Virus record (IMG/VR): IMGVR_UViG_3300032053_000042
Span: 1-64,000 of that record
Direction: 5' to 3' (one strand)
Source of the DNA: a virus
DNA: 64,000 nt
Both the position numbers and the translations under genes were made by a program. Position 1 is the first letter of the stretch; every line of letters starts with the position of its first letter. This document shows, piece after piece, positions 46,153-56,820 of this stretch. The notes below the pieces were generated by a model, which was not told where the DNA came from, did not search any database, and saw only the letters and a list, made by a program, of their open reading frames with translations.

Positions 46153-47715
46153 ATGCCTAAAGTATTCATAGCGAATCCTACACAAGAGCCTTTTCTCCTA
46201 AGCGATGCACGCTTTTTGGGCTTCTTCGGTGGAATTGGCAGTGGTAAGACCGCAGCAGGGGCGATAAAAGCAATACAAAAGTTACGAGACGGCGACGGAA
46301 TTATCGTAGGTCCGGACTACCCTCACTTTTGTAAATCGACCTGGGTGGAGGTTGCGAAATGGCTTCCATGGTCCCGGGTAACGAACAGAAATCTTCAGCA
46401 TCCGCACACCAGTGAGAAGGTACTGAAGATTCAGACGGCACAGGGTGAGCGTAGGATCTATTACGGAGGGATGGACGACGCCGCGGCCTGGGCTGGTCCT
46501 AGCGTCAATTTTGTTTGGGCCGATGAGTTTCGACGCAAGCCCACTCGCCAACATTTCGATGTGCTCGCTGGACGTATTCGCGTCGGGCATAACCCACAGT
46601 TATGGTTAACAACTACACCGAAAGCCACGTTACGTGGGCAACAGCACTGGCTGCACGAGGTTTTTGTCCAGAAGAAGTTCGATCCGGAAGTTCTAAAGGC
46701 TTTTGCAGGTGCCAATCAGAAGTTAGTTGAATACTTTACGGCTCCTACTAGCGAGAATGCTGAACACCTAGACTCATTGTACTTGGCGAGCCTGAAAGGT
46801 CTATACTCAGGGAAGTACGCAGACCAGGAGCTCGGGGGCGAATTTATTGACTTCGAAGGTCTAGTCTTTGCCAACTTCGACGAGGATAATGGGAACGTCA
46901 GCGTAGCTGCAGACTACACACCTGGAGTGGCTATCGAATGGGCGGTCGATAATGGTTTTACGGAGGGCCATCCTCTAGTAATCCTGTTAGCCCAAACGAT
47001 TCCACCGTTCGTTAACATATTCGCAGAGTACGTAGCAGTACGTGAACAACAGGAAGTGTGTATCGCTAAGGCTCTCCAGATGGGTTATCCACTCCCATCT
47101 GTAGCAAGAGTGGACTCGTCAGCACCAGATTTGATTCAACGCCTGTGGGATCGAGGTATTGAGACCGCACAGGGCTCGCACGACGTAGATGCAGGTATCT
47201 CTCATTTGCGATCGTTTATTCGGGATGGTAAGGACCAGGTCCATATTCGCTTTCATCCGCGTTGCACGTTCTCGATTGCAGAGATCCAAGCGTATTCGTA
47301 CCCGGATGCCGTGGAATCAGGAATTTCGATATCGTCGGACAAGGCTGCGAGGCCGATGAAGGAATCGGACAATGCAGCAGATGCACTTCGTTACTTGGTT
47401 TGGCCTAAGCAACTGGCGACGTTAGAGGCTTCGGCCGCCAGAGGCGATGTAATTCGTATACAAACTGGGAGGCCTAGTACACAGGGCCAGCAGCAACAAG
47501 TCCCGGCGCGTGGGTCTGTACCCTCGTTAACGCCGGTGACGTTGCAGGAGCAGGGCAGACCTGCGGCCACAGGGACGCAACCTGATCCTACTCCTACAGA
47601 ACCACTGCGAGCACCTGTGGAACGACGTACCGGCTGGTCAATTTTCGGCGGACCACGGAAGCCGAAGCCTCAGCGGATCAAACGCGACGCAAGTCGTCTT
47701 CCGCCCGGATGGTAA
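46153..47715 (+). CDS. terL: Terminase large subunit
   Basis: GGIGSGKT Walker A, WADE Walker B, TTTP motif III, nuclease D.G...DNAADALRY. Confidence 0.9.
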   Translation: MPKVFIANPTQEPFLLSDARFLGFFGGIGSGKTAAGAIKAIQKLRDGDGIIVGPDYPHFCKSTWVEVAKWLPWSRVTNRNLQHPHTSEKVLKIQTAQGERRIYYGGMDDAAAWAGPSVNFVWADEFRRKPTRQHFDVLAGRIRVGHNPQLWLTTTPKATLRGQQHWLHEVFVQKKFDPEVLKAFAGANQKLVEYFTAPTSENAEHLDSLYLASLKGLYSGKYADQELGGEFIDFEGLVFANFDEDNGNVSVAADYTPGVAIEWAVDNGFTEGHPLVILLAQTIPPFVNIFAEYVAVREQQEVCIAKALQMGYPLPSVARVDSSAPDLIQRLWDRGIETAQGSHDVDAGISHLRSFIRDGKDQVHIRFHPRCTFSIAEIQAYSYPDAVESGISISSDKAARPMKESDNAADALRYLVWPKQLATLEASAARGDVIRIQTGRPSTQGQQQQVPARGSVPSLTPVTLQEQGRPAATGTQPDPTPTEPLRAPVERRTGWSIFGGPRKPKPQRIKRDASRLPPGW

Positions 47716-47736
47716 AGGGAGATAGAAGGAGGGAAC

Positions 47737-48036
47737 ATGAGTCTCGAAATTCTTGTCGACATATTGGCTATAATCGTGATTGCTATGAAGGTTGTGGACG
47801 CTCTCTTCAAGCCGTTGTTCCTCAAGTTGAAGATCGACTTCTGGTGGCTACTCTACGTGGGTATAGCGGTAGGCGCCTTGATCGGATGGGGTTCTGGGCT
47901 AAACGCTTTTCCTGCGATAAAGGCGTACCCTTGGGTAGGCCAATTATTGACAATCTGTCTTTGTGGTGTGGGCCCATCGGTTCTTTACGATCGCCTGGAT
48001 AGAGGCGACATCGCTCGGCTACCACGTAACCCATAA
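47737..48036 (+). CDS. Small multi-TM membrane protein (holin-like)
   Basis: Three hydrophobic segments, charged C-terminus. Confidence 0.5.
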   Translation: MSLEILVDILAIIVIAMKVVDALFKPLFLKLKIDFWWLLYVGIAVGALIGWGSGLNAFPAIKAYPWVGQLLTICLCGVGPSVLYDRLDRGDIARLPRNP

Positions 48037-48050
48037 ACGGAGACGAGTAA

Positions 48051-49397
48051 ATGCCTGTAGTCGATCCCAAAGACCTAACTAGTCTGAGCGTCCAAGAGCG
48101 AGCATTGGAGGAATTCCGTACCAATGCCCCCATAACGTGGCGTATTGCCTCCATGGCAGACGATATGCCTGCTTACGGCTCTCCTGAACGCGATATCGCC
48201 TTGGATAAGTTCTGGAAAACTGAGCCGATCCTAGCTGGGGCCATTTACTCTATGGCAGCCAAGATCGCAGCACTGGACTTCAGGCTGAAGGGTCCACGCC
48301 GTCTTGTGAAGAAGTACAAGCAGCTCCTCATGGCTGCCGATTTTGGTATCGGCAATGGATGGGTCAATTTTGTGTTCAAAGTGGCCCAAGACATGCTCAC
48401 GCAGGATAATGGAGCTTTCATCGAGCTACTTCGTAACGACGGGGCAAGTCCATACACTGCTGTCCAGGGTGTAGCTCATATAGACTCCCAGAGATGCACC
48501 CGCACTGGGAACCCTATGGTACCTGTGCAGTACCAGCCCTACACTAAGCCCGTTCGTCAGCTACAGTGGTACGAAGTTATCGCGATGTCGGATATGCCAT
48601 CTCCTCGTGAAGAGATGTACAACAGAGGTCTATGTGCCGTTAGCCGCGTGTTACGAGCTGCCCAAACGATGCGCGACATCTCGGTGTACAATCGACAAAA
48701 GCTAGCTGGTAAGCGTACACCAGCGATAGCGTGGGTTAACGGAATCTCACGAGACTACGTTAAGGCTTGCATTGACAAGGCCATAGAGGATCAGCTTAGC
48801 CAAGGCGATACACTCTATTCGGGACCTATTATCATCGCTTCGATGGACGCCTCTGTACCTGTGCATGCTGAGCTTATGGAGCTTGCCGGGTTACCGGATA
48901 ACTACAGCGAGGACACCGCGCTAAAATGGTATATTGCGACTTTGGCTTTGGACTTTGGCACGGACTATACGGAATTCAGCCCTTTACCCGGCGGTAACTT
49001 AGGGTCAGCTACTCAAGCCACTGAGATGGCTGCAAGGGCTCGTGGCAAGGGTCCTGGAGCGATGCTACAGCAGTTTGAGTTTGCTTTCAATTACTGGGTC
49101 TTGCCAGAGAGCTGCGAGTTTCAATTTGCTAGTACGGATGCTACAGCAGAGCAGCAACGTATTACTCAGAGGAGGGAGCGTGCACAAGAGCGAGCTATAC
49201 GTATCCAGTCAACAGAGATTACACCTTTACAAGCTCTTGAGCTTGCTGTGGCTGATGGAGACGCTCCCGACAGCTTCTTAGCACCAGGAGAGGATACAGT
49301 CGACAGTCGCATTGATGCGGTATTAAAAGAGCTAGGTGGCGTGCATAGTAAGCTTGCTAACGTACAAGACCGACTATCGTCCCAGGTGGAGGAGTAA
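48051..49397 (+). CDS. Portal protein
   Basis: Size and position after TerL; D.L..DNGAFIE.LR portal-type motif. Confidence 0.75.
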   Translation: MPVVDPKDLTSLSVQERALEEFRTNAPITWRIASMADDMPAYGSPERDIALDKFWKTEPILAGAIYSMAAKIAALDFRLKGPRRLVKKYKQLLMAADFGIGNGWVNFVFKVAQDMLTQDNGAFIELLRNDGASPYTAVQGVAHIDSQRCTRTGNPMVPVQYQPYTKPVRQLQWYEVIAMSDMPSPREEMYNRGLCAVSRVLRAAQTMRDISVYNRQKLAGKRTPAIAWVNGISRDYVKACIDKAIEDQLSQGDTLYSGPIIIASMDASVPVHAELMELAGLPDNYSEDTALKWYIATLALDFGTDYTEFSPLPGGNLGSATQATEMAARARGKGPGAMLQQFEFAFNYWVLPESCEFQFASTDATAEQQRITQRRERAQERAIRIQSTEITPLQALELAVADGDAPDSFLAPGEDTVDSRIDAVLKELGGVHSKLANVQDRLSSQVEE

Positions 49398-49975
49398 TGG
49401 CCAATCCTAGTTACACTTACGCTGGTGCTGCTGGCGCTGGCTTGCAAGTTGTTTTTAAGGCGATCGTCCCCCGATCGTGGTCGCTAAAGCACGTGATACC
49501 GGAGATGCTAGCAGAGCTTGATCATATTGCTTTCCAGACGTTCCAGAAGTTTCGCGATGTGACAGCCACGTGGACCGAGGTTGTACTATTCACGTTCGCA
49601 CGAAGAGTGTATCCTGGAGCACAGACCGCATCGATCAAGATTACGACGGACAACCTGATCTTTGGCCTTGTGAACGGTGGAGTAGAGGCCCACTCTATTG
49701 AGCCTAGGGAGTCAATGAGTAAGCGTAATCCTGCTTATCCTAGCGCTCTATCCGCTCGAGCACAAGGGTCGTATCGAGCTAAGACATCTCCTGGACGTCT
49801 GTCTTCTGGTCCAGGAGGCCCTTCAGGGCCTATAATCTATAGGCCAGGGGTGTGGCATCCGGGCTACCCAGGAAGAAACTTCGTTGAACAGATCGCAGAA
49901 TGGTCAGAAGGACAAATGGACCTGAAGCTACCCCAGGCTATTGAGCGTGGAGTAGATAAAGGGATGATACAGTAG
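49397..49975 (+). CDS. Morphogenesis protein (HK97 gp10-like?)
   Basis: G...H.I.PR...V.HPG..GRNF; head gene context. Confidence 0.45.
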   Translation: MANPSYTYAGAAGAGLQVVFKAIVPRSWSLKHVIPEMLAELDHIAFQTFQKFRDVTATWTEVVLFTFARRVYPGAQTASIKITTDNLIFGLVNGGVEAHSIEPRESMSKRNPAYPSALSARAQGSYRAKTSPGRLSSGPGGPSGPIIYRPGVWHPGYPGRNFVEQIAEWSEGQMDLKLPQAIERGVDKGMIQ

Positions 49976-49987
49976 TTTAGTTATGGT

Positions 49988-51577
49988 ATGGAGGCCAACA
50001 TGCCCTATACAGTAAGACACGACGGCACGGGCGATAAGTCTTGGTGTGTTTATAAGAAGGACGGAGGCGAGAGTAAAGGCTGTAGCGCTACTCGAGCTCA
50101 GGCCTATGCACACGTAAGAGCTATGTACGCCGGAGAGCACTCAAAGGCCGACGAAGAGAGCCTTCAGGAGCGTCTCAACAAGATTCGCGCCGCCTTTGAG
50201 GAGGCAACTAAGCCTCCACCGAGTATATCCAATCCGGATGCGCCAACCTACACGTCCCTGTGGATCGTAGACACGTTCGAGACTTACTTGGTAGTCAAGT
50301 GCTGGGCGTCGGACACCTACTGGAAGGCAGGTTATACTATTAAGGACGACGTGGTCGAGATTCAGTCAGAGGACGAGTGGATCGAACTCGAGATGAAGTA
50401 CGTTCCTGTAACTAGCTCGGAAGAGAAGGCTATTGAGCCCGTAGTTGAACCTGTGGTACTCGAACCGCCGATGGACCAGTTCTATACGAAGGCGCAGGCT
50501 GATGGAAGGAAGCGGTGGGTAGCAGTATCCTCGACGGCTTTCCTAGACGGCCACAAGGAAATTGTGTCGCGCGAGGGAGTCGATAAGGGTATTGAGAGAG
50601 CAAAGAGCACAGGAGCAGGCCCACTGGTCTTCTGGCACGACGGTAGAATTCCCCTTGCGGACTGTGACTTTCAGATGCGCGTTGACGCCTGCTTAGTAGA
50701 GTCGGGCCTGTGGGACGACACTCCTCAGGGCATTGCAGCGGCGAAGTCGAACGAGGAGCATCCTGAGAACTGGGCTATGAGTATCAAGTTTCTAGGCTAC
50801 AAGGCTGAGCCTGCAATTATCAATGGTACGAGTGTACGCGCCGTATGGAAGGATATCGGGTTTGTCGAGAGATCCATCCTACCGGCGAATAAGCCAGCTA
50901 CGAGGTTCTCGTTTATTCAGACAAAAGCAGAAGGAGATGGAGGTGCAGCTATGAAGGACGAACAAGCAAAGGCCTTGACTGATCTTCTAGGAGAAGACTT
51001 GGCCAAGCAAGTGATCGCGAAGGTGGACGCTACTAATACCGCAGCTGCGGCTACTGGGGCCGTAACTAAGGAGATTGGAGCTCCAGCACTAAGCGACGTA
51101 CTGAAGAGTGTTACGGATTCTTTGGTTACCCCGACCACGCCTATAGCGTCAGTCCCTGTGGATTCAAACGCTCCAGTGCAGGAGCAGATCGCGAAGGCAG
51201 TGGCGGCAGTCGTAGGTGTCACTACACCTGTGGTAGAGAAGGCTGCGGCAGGCAACTACGTGTGCCCCGAGTGCGGCAAGAAAGCGAAGCTAGCAGAAGA
51301 TGGTCCTGCTCCTAAGTGTGCAGCCTGCGACAAGACCATGAAGCTTGCCCCTGTGGCGAAGGAAGCAGACGTCGACGTGGTCATGATACTTAAGGAGCTT
51401 CAGACCACTGTGCGAGGTCTTGCGGATGAGGTACAGGCACTTAAGAACGGCGAAGTGCCCCGCGTTGTTAAGGCCGGGCCCCCGGATTCTACGACACCGG
51501 CAGCTATTGTACCTACTCAGCCAGAAACACCAGCTGTGATCAAGAGTATGGCGGCACAAATCTTTAAGGTGGCGTAA
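49988..51577 (+). CDS. Prohead protease / scaffold fusion
   Basis: D...EIVS, L.FWH, MSI.F, ERSIL...PA; Ala/Pro-rich C-terminal half; between portal and capsid. Confidence 0.65.
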   Translation: MEANMPYTVRHDGTGDKSWCVYKKDGGESKGCSATRAQAYAHVRAMYAGEHSKADEESLQERLNKIRAAFEEATKPPPSISNPDAPTYTSLWIVDTFETYLVVKCWASDTYWKAGYTIKDDVVEIQSEDEWIELEMKYVPVTSSEEKAIEPVVEPVVLEPPMDQFYTKAQADGRKRWVAVSSTAFLDGHKEIVSREGVDKGIERAKSTGAGPLVFWHDGRIPLADCDFQMRVDACLVESGLWDDTPQGIAAAKSNEEHPENWAMSIKFLGYKAEPAIINGTSVRAVWKDIGFVERSILPANKPATRFSFIQTKAEGDGGAAMKDEQAKALTDLLGEDLAKQVIAKVDATNTAAAATGAVTKEIGAPALSDVLKSVTDSLVTPTTPIASVPVDSNAPVQEQIAKAVAAVVGVTTPVVEKAAAGNYVCPECGKKAKLAEDGPAPKCAACDKTMKLAPVAKEADVDVVMILKELQTTVRGLADEVQALKNGEVPRVVKAGPPDSTTPAAIVPTQPETPAVIKSMAAQIFKVA

Positions 51578-51635
51578 CACGCTCGATGTTCGATGTGCGA
51601 CGAGTTGTAGATATACTGTTCAATTAAGGAGAGAA

Positions 51636-53069
51636 ATGAAGCAATCAGTTAATGATCTGGTCCTTCAGCTGCAAGGGCTGTTGCAGCAGAAAGACGCCAC
51701 AGGTGTACCGAATGCACAGATGTTGCACGGGCCAGGCGGTCTTTTTAGTACGTTCGGGATCGACAACGTGGTCGTTAATGCACACATGACGCCACGAGGC
51801 ATCGAGGGTATGCTTCCTGTGCTGCCTTCCGTGTATCTTAATCCCCTCTTTACCTTTCTCACGGGCTTCGAAAGCGACGGCGGTAGCGAACCTAGCGGCC
51901 CTTGTGATACCTGCCCTGGCGGGGTGATCGAAACCTGTCACCAAACAGCTACTTTCGGCCGCGTCTGCCGTAGCAGCCAGGAGATCGAAGTTAACGAGAT
52001 CGTCAACATGATCAACCGTGGTGAGACGACCCCGTTGCGGCTCTTAGGTGAGGTACTAGGTCCTGGTGGTCTAGCCCCTAAAGACAACCTAGACGTTACC
52101 GGTTGGATTAACATGGTTCTCCAGGCACAGATGGTGCTGATCTCGATCTTGTTCCAGCGTGCTCTGCTCCCGATGGTCTGGACTGGTAATCCGGCGAACA
52201 ACACCCTCGGTGGCTACGCTGAGTTCCCAGGACTGGACATGCTGATCGGTACTGGTAAGATCGACGCTATCACAGGTGTAGCCTGCGGCGCCTTGGATAG
52301 CGACGTGAAGGACTTCGGCTATAATCCGATGTACGGCGCCGACCCGGATATCGTGCGGTACTTGAGCACGATGGAATGGTACCTGCGTAACAACGCACGG
52401 GGTATGGGTCTGGAGCCAGTTGACTGGGTGATCGCGATGAGGCCTGAGGCGTGGTTCGAATTGACCGAGATCTGGCCGATTCGATACAACACGGGTCTTG
52501 TCTCTCTAGCTATGCCGAACCAATCGTTTATCATGGTTAACGGACGCGACAATACGGCCGAGCGGGATCGTATGCGCGAGCAAATGCGTATACCGATCAA
52601 CGGTAACTGGTATCCAGTGATCGTCGACGACGGTATTGACGAGCAGACCCAAGCCGACAACGCTCTTATCCCACAGGGCGAGTTCGCTTCGAGCATCTAC
52701 TTTATCCCGTTACGTGCCCGCGGAATGACCACGGTCTATTGGGAGACCAAGGACTATCGTGGTATTCCAGGACAGCTCTCTGTTCTACAGCAAACGAACC
52801 CCTACTGGATCAGTGATGGTGGAAGGTACCTCTGGACTTTAGAAAAGCTCACATGGTGCTTTTTCTTGATGGGCAAGATTGAGCCCCGAATTATCTTACG
52901 TACACCTCAACTTGCAGGTCGCATCCAGAACGTACGCTACTCACCGTTACAACACCTAAGGTCACCTTTCCAGGACTCTGGATACTTCAAGAAGGGCGGC
53001 AACGAGAGCTACGACGCGCCGACCTATTACTCGGAGTGGAATGCCAGGAGCCCCAGCGAGCATAACTAG
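51636..53069 (+). CDS. Major capsid protein
   Basis: 477 aa after scaffold, strong SD; EF.GLD.LI motif typical of HK97-fold capsids. Confidence 0.7.
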   Translation: MKQSVNDLVLQLQGLLQQKDATGVPNAQMLHGPGGLFSTFGIDNVVVNAHMTPRGIEGMLPVLPSVYLNPLFTFLTGFESDGGSEPSGPCDTCPGGVIETCHQTATFGRVCRSSQEIEVNEIVNMINRGETTPLRLLGEVLGPGGLAPKDNLDVTGWINMVLQAQMVLISILFQRALLPMVWTGNPANNTLGGYAEFPGLDMLIGTGKIDAITGVACGALDSDVKDFGYNPMYGADPDIVRYLSTMEWYLRNNARGMGLEPVDWVIAMRPEAWFELTEIWPIRYNTGLVSLAMPNQSFIMVNGRDNTAERDRMREQMRIPINGNWYPVIVDDGIDEQTQADNALIPQGEFASSIYFIPLRARGMTTVYWETKDYRGIPGQLSVLQQTNPYWISDGGRYLWTLEKLTWCFFLMGKIEPRIILRTPQLAGRIQNVRYSPLQHLRSPFQDSGYFKKGGNESYDAPTYYSEWNARSPSEHN

Positions 53070-53099
53070 TCTAGTGTAACAAAGGAGGGCTCAAACCTT

Positions 53100-53801
53100 A
53101 TGACTGAAATAACATGGCCTACAGTAGTAATACTAATAGTGACCTACGATAGGCCACAAGAAATCCGAGCAACGATCCTGGGACTGATACACCATCTGTC
53201 TTACAGAGGTCAGCTCCTGTACGCAGTCTGTGACGACGGATCACCTGAAGGATATTTACAAGGTATCCACGAAGCCTTTCCGGACTTACAGATTGCGTTC
53301 TCGACGACGAAGAGACAGGGTTGGGGCGCCAATGTCAACGTAGGTATACGGACTCTAGTTCATAAGAATTATTGCTTCCTTACTGAAGACGATCAAGTAG
53401 CACTCACGAAGATTGACCTTACTAGTGGTGTGGCTCTACTAGAAGCGCTTCCAGATCTTGGCGCGATCAGATATGATGGAGTTGCAGGTCATGCACTAAA
53501 CCTCGAGTTACGAGAGGCCGAGACCGCTATAGGTAGAATGAACTACCTGAGGATTCTCAAGTCCTCGCCGCACCTGAACGTGTACTCAAATCGACCTCAC
53601 CTGGCAGCTCCGCGCTTCCATGAGGTATACGGTACCTATTTAGTCGGAAAGACGTTAGGCCAAACAGAAGAAAGCTTTGCCCATAAAGTGAGGGACCAAG
53701 AGGGACCTGACATAGGCTGCTTAACCGATGGTATTGCACTAGCCTTCGACCATATCGGGAAGAGCCGGCAAAACACCACGGAGGACGTACACCATGACTG
53801 A
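53100..53801 (+). CDS. GT2 glycosyltransferase
   Basis: ILIVTYDR, DDGS, GWGANVN.G, TEDD. Confidence 0.85.
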   Translation: MTEITWPTVVILIVTYDRPQEIRATILGLIHHLSYRGQLLYAVCDDGSPEGYLQGIHEAFPDLQIAFSTTKRQGWGANVNVGIRTLVHKNYCFLTEDDQVALTKIDLTSGVALLEALPDLGAIRYDGVAGHALNLELREAETAIGRMNYLRILKSSPHLNVYSNRPHLAAPRFHEVYGTYLVGKTLGQTEESFAHKVRDQEGPDIGCLTDGIALAFDHIGKSRQNTTEDVHHD

Positions 53802-54396
53802 CGTCGTACCTTGGGACGAGGGAAATGTTGCGAAGGCTATTGACACGTACTGGCTTACAAGCCCAATGGAAATAGAGTGGCGACGCCTTCTTATCGAGGA
53901 TATGAAGCAAACGGTATTTACAGAACCAAGACCTTATCCAATCCTAGAGGTAGGTTGTGGTAGTGGTCTAATCTACGAGGCGATGGAGCTAGCAGGCTTA
54001 ACGACTCCAGAGCTGTACGTGGGTGGAGATGTCAGTAAGTCAATGTTGGAGCTTGCTCGGTCTAGGTACGATGCTACCTTTCAAGAGCTCGACGGGCTTA
54101 AGCTACCATTCGAGGACCGCTCACAGGAGAACGTGATTTGTGTTAGCGTACTACAGCACCTACCAGACTACCAACAGGCGTTACTTGAGCTATTAAGGGT
54201 TACGCGTAAGCGTCTGTACATAGCCCTGTGGATGCGTGACAGCGCTGGGGATGATATCCAGTTCGGTGGAAAGTTCTTTAACAACACATATTCGCTACGG
54301 CTTTTTAGTAAGCTAACGCAGAGTAAGCAGCCTACCATACGACACCTATACCTCTCGAACTATTCTGTGCTCTTTGTACAGAAGGAGCGAAAGTGA
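53794..54396 (+). CDS. Class I SAM-dependent methyltransferase
   Basis: ILEVGCGSG, G.DVS.SMLE.AR, LPF.D, VLQH. Confidence 0.9.
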   Translation: MTDVVPWDEGNVAKAIDTYWLTSPMEIEWRRLLIEDMKQTVFTEPRPYPILEVGCGSGLIYEAMELAGLTTPELYVGGDVSKSMLELARSRYDATFQELDGLKLPFEDRSQENVICVSVLQHLPDYQQALLELLRVTRKRLYIALWMRDSAGDDIQFGGKFFNNTYSLRLFSKLTQSKQPTIRHLYLSNYSVLFVQKERK

Positions 54397-54935
54397 ACTA
54401 CGCGGTGGGTGGGAGAGTGCGATTACGACCAGTAGAGATTAAAGACGATGAGTACATCGTGCGGTGGCGGAATACCGACCGCTTAGCTTTTTTCGATCAG
54501 ACTGTAGTCACACCTGACACCCACCGTCTTTTCGTGGAGAATCGCAAGTCTCACGATCTCGTATGGATGGTCGAAGCAGGTTCGTGGACTGTGGGAATGG
54601 TTAGTCTGACAGTCGACGTAGTCAATGCTACCGCCGAGTTTGGTAGACTGTACATCGCTCAGGGCTTTCGTAGGCAGCGACTGGGTACAGAGGCTTCTTA
54701 CACCGCTCTCGCCTATGGCTTCGAGCTACTACGTCTACAATCGATCTGGCTGCTAGCCCGTTCGGACAACAAGGAGGTTCGGCGGATGTACGATAACATG
54801 GGATGGTGTGCTGAGCTAGCAAAGCTCGACGTGATTCGTATGACGTACAAGAATACGTACTGGGCTCTAGAGGGTCGTAATCGTTTTATGAGGGACTTTG
54901 GAGTAAACCTTGATCCGCATCTTGACACTATTTAA
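54393..54935 (+). CDS. GNAT N-acetyltransferase (RimJ/PseH-like)
   Basis: LRP....D...IVRWRN, AEFGRL, R..LG, DN....MY..MG. Confidence 0.85.
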   Translation: MNYAVGGRVRLRPVEIKDDEYIVRWRNTDRLAFFDQTVVTPDTHRLFVENRKSHDLVWMVEAGSWTVGMVSLTVDVVNATAEFGRLYIAQGFRRQRLGTEASYTALAYGFELLRLQSIWLLARSDNKEVRRMYDNMGWCAELAKLDVIRMTYKNTYWALEGRNRFMRDFGVNLDPHLDTI

Positions 54936-55554
54936 TAAAGCTCAGCTCGTACTAGAGGCCATAGCTAGCGTGGAGGCACAGACTCGACGCGATTATATCC
55001 ACTTTGCAAGACCAGATACTTATCGTGCGCGCGATGGCAGATATCCACCGGCAGTCTATTATAATGAGATGGCAAGAATAGCTCCGATGGAAGATTACAT
55101 TAGTTGGTTATCGGATGATGATCTTTTGTTCCCTAATTACGTAGCTGATCTAGCAGGACATCTAGACGCGCATCCTGAGATCGATTGTGTATATGGTGGT
55201 AGCAAGCACGTTCTACACGAGCCACCACAGGAGGATAGACTGATACGAAACCTTCCGCAGCAGTGGCCGTTTCCATTGTTCAACGCCGAGCTTTCACCCT
55301 TTTGTCAGATCGACGGTGGACAGTTTATGATTCGACGGTCGGGCCTGGAGAAGATTCCGTATCCGTGGTATCCTGAGGACGCTGCAAGTGCGAGTGGATG
55401 TGATGCAATCTTTATGCGTAAGATCTCGCAGTACTTTCCGATGTATCCGATACCGGTCTTCGTTATGACTAATCGGGCGACTTCTGCTAGTTGCCACACT
55501 GTGGCAGTTCGTGGACATCTAGAGAAGGGCGTTGGATGGAAACCTTATGGGTGA
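54910..55554 (+). CDS. GT2 glycosyltransferase
   Basis: AIASV.AQT, YISWLSDDD. Confidence 0.8.
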   Translation: MIRILTLFNKAQLVLEAIASVEAQTRRDYIHFARPDTYRARDGRYPPAVYYNEMARIAPMEDYISWLSDDDLLFPNYVADLAGHLDAHPEIDCVYGGSKHVLHEPPQEDRLIRNLPQQWPFPLFNAELSPFCQIDGGQFMIRRSGLEKIPYPWYPEDAASASGCDAIFMRKISQYFPMYPIPVFVMTNRATSASCHTVAVRGHLEKGVGWKPYG

Positions 55555-56209
55555 TGTAACGGCTGTAATAGTCAATCTGAATACGGTTGAGCTTACAAAG
55601 ATAGCAGTAGAGAGCTTAGTTCGAGCCTATCCAGATATAGCTCTTATCTTGATAGACAACGGCTCAGTAGATGGCACGACGCAGTACCTACAAGAGCATT
55701 GCTCAGATAGAGAGAAGTCTAGAGCACTTTTCTTGCATCACAACATTGGACATGGACCTGCCTTGCATCTAGCTACGAACATGATTGGTACACCGTATTT
55801 CTTTACGATGGATTCTGACTGTGAGGTTCGTGCACCTGGCTTTCTAGAGTCTATGATACAGTACTTCGATGACGGGTCAGTGTACGCTGTAGGGGACCTA
55901 CTATACGTTCGATCAGAGGATGCAGAGGATCCTTCGAGAGAGTTTAGAAGCTGGCCTACGTACGTTCCATACATATCACCCCACGCTGGTTTATATCGAA
56001 TGAGCTTTTACAGGACAACCTATCCGTTCATGCACCATGGAGCTCCACTACTGTGGAACATGATAGGAGCACGATCACGCGGCTGGATGTGTATAAGCTT
56101 TCCGATACAGGAGTACGTAGCTCACCTAAGAGCCGGTACACGTAAATTATACGACGCTAGCCAACGAGAGTGGAATATTGTAGCTGGACGACTTCCGGTA
56201 GGATGGTAA
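55547..56209 (+). CDS. GT2 glycosyltransferase
   Basis: DNGSVDGT, NIGHGPAL, MDSDC. Confidence 0.85.
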   Translation: MGDVTAVIVNLNTVELTKIAVESLVRAYPDIALILIDNGSVDGTTQYLQEHCSDREKSRALFLHHNIGHGPALHLATNMIGTPYFFTMDSDCEVRAPGFLESMIQYFDDGSVYAVGDLLYVRSEDAEDPSREFRSWPTYVPYISPHAGLYRMSFYRTTYPFMHHGAPLLWNMIGARSRGWMCISFPIQEYVAHLRAGTRKLYDASQREWNIVAGRLPVGW

Positions 56210-56211
56210 TA

Positions 56212-56820
56212 ATGTTCAATCACGATGCAGTCTTTCACTCAACTTATCGAGGAGTACCGATAGTTAAGCTTCCGCTAGACCTGTGGGTCTACCAGGAACT
56301 AATGTCGAGACTAGGAAATGTTCGCTGCGTCGTGGAGATTGGAACCTTTCAAGGCGGTAGTGCACTAGCTCTATACGATATGATGTGTGCGATCAATCAG
56401 TGCGAGGATAATCTAGTTGTTACGATTGACGTTAAGGCAGATGTCCATAGTGATCTTGTCCTACACAACCCACACATTATTCGCTTAGTAGGTAATGCTG
56501 CCTACCCCAGCACAGTAGTGAAGACATTCGAAGAGTGCGCAGCTTACGCCGACGAGGTTATGGTTATAGATGATGGTAGTCATTTACGCGACGAGGTACT
56601 AGCCGCCTTATGCCAGTATCGTGTATTAGTAGCTGTGGGTGGATACTATATCGTCGAGGATACGATCTGTCATCATGGTATGGAGGTAGGACCTATTCCT
56701 GGTCCCTACGAGGCAGTTCAAGAGTTTCTACGTACCAACGACGACTTTGTAGTCGACGCCACCTGTGAGAAGTTTGGACTGACCTATAATCCGTCAGGGT
56801 TCCTGAGGAGGGTTCGATGA
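56212..56820 (+). CDS. CmcI-family (rhamnosyl-type) O-methyltransferase
   Basis: G.P..K.P.DLW.YQE, EIGT..GGSAL, DDGSH, Y.IVEDT, NPSGFL. Confidence 0.88.
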   Translation: MFNHDAVFHSTYRGVPIVKLPLDLWVYQELMSRLGNVRCVVEIGTFQGGSALALYDMMCAINQCEDNLVVTIDVKADVHSDLVLHNPHIIRLVGNAAYPSTVVKTFEECAAYADEVMVIDDGSHLRDEVLAALCQYRVLVAVGGYYIVEDTICHHGMEVGPIPGPYEAVQEFLRTNDDFVVDATCEKFGLTYNPSGFLRRVR

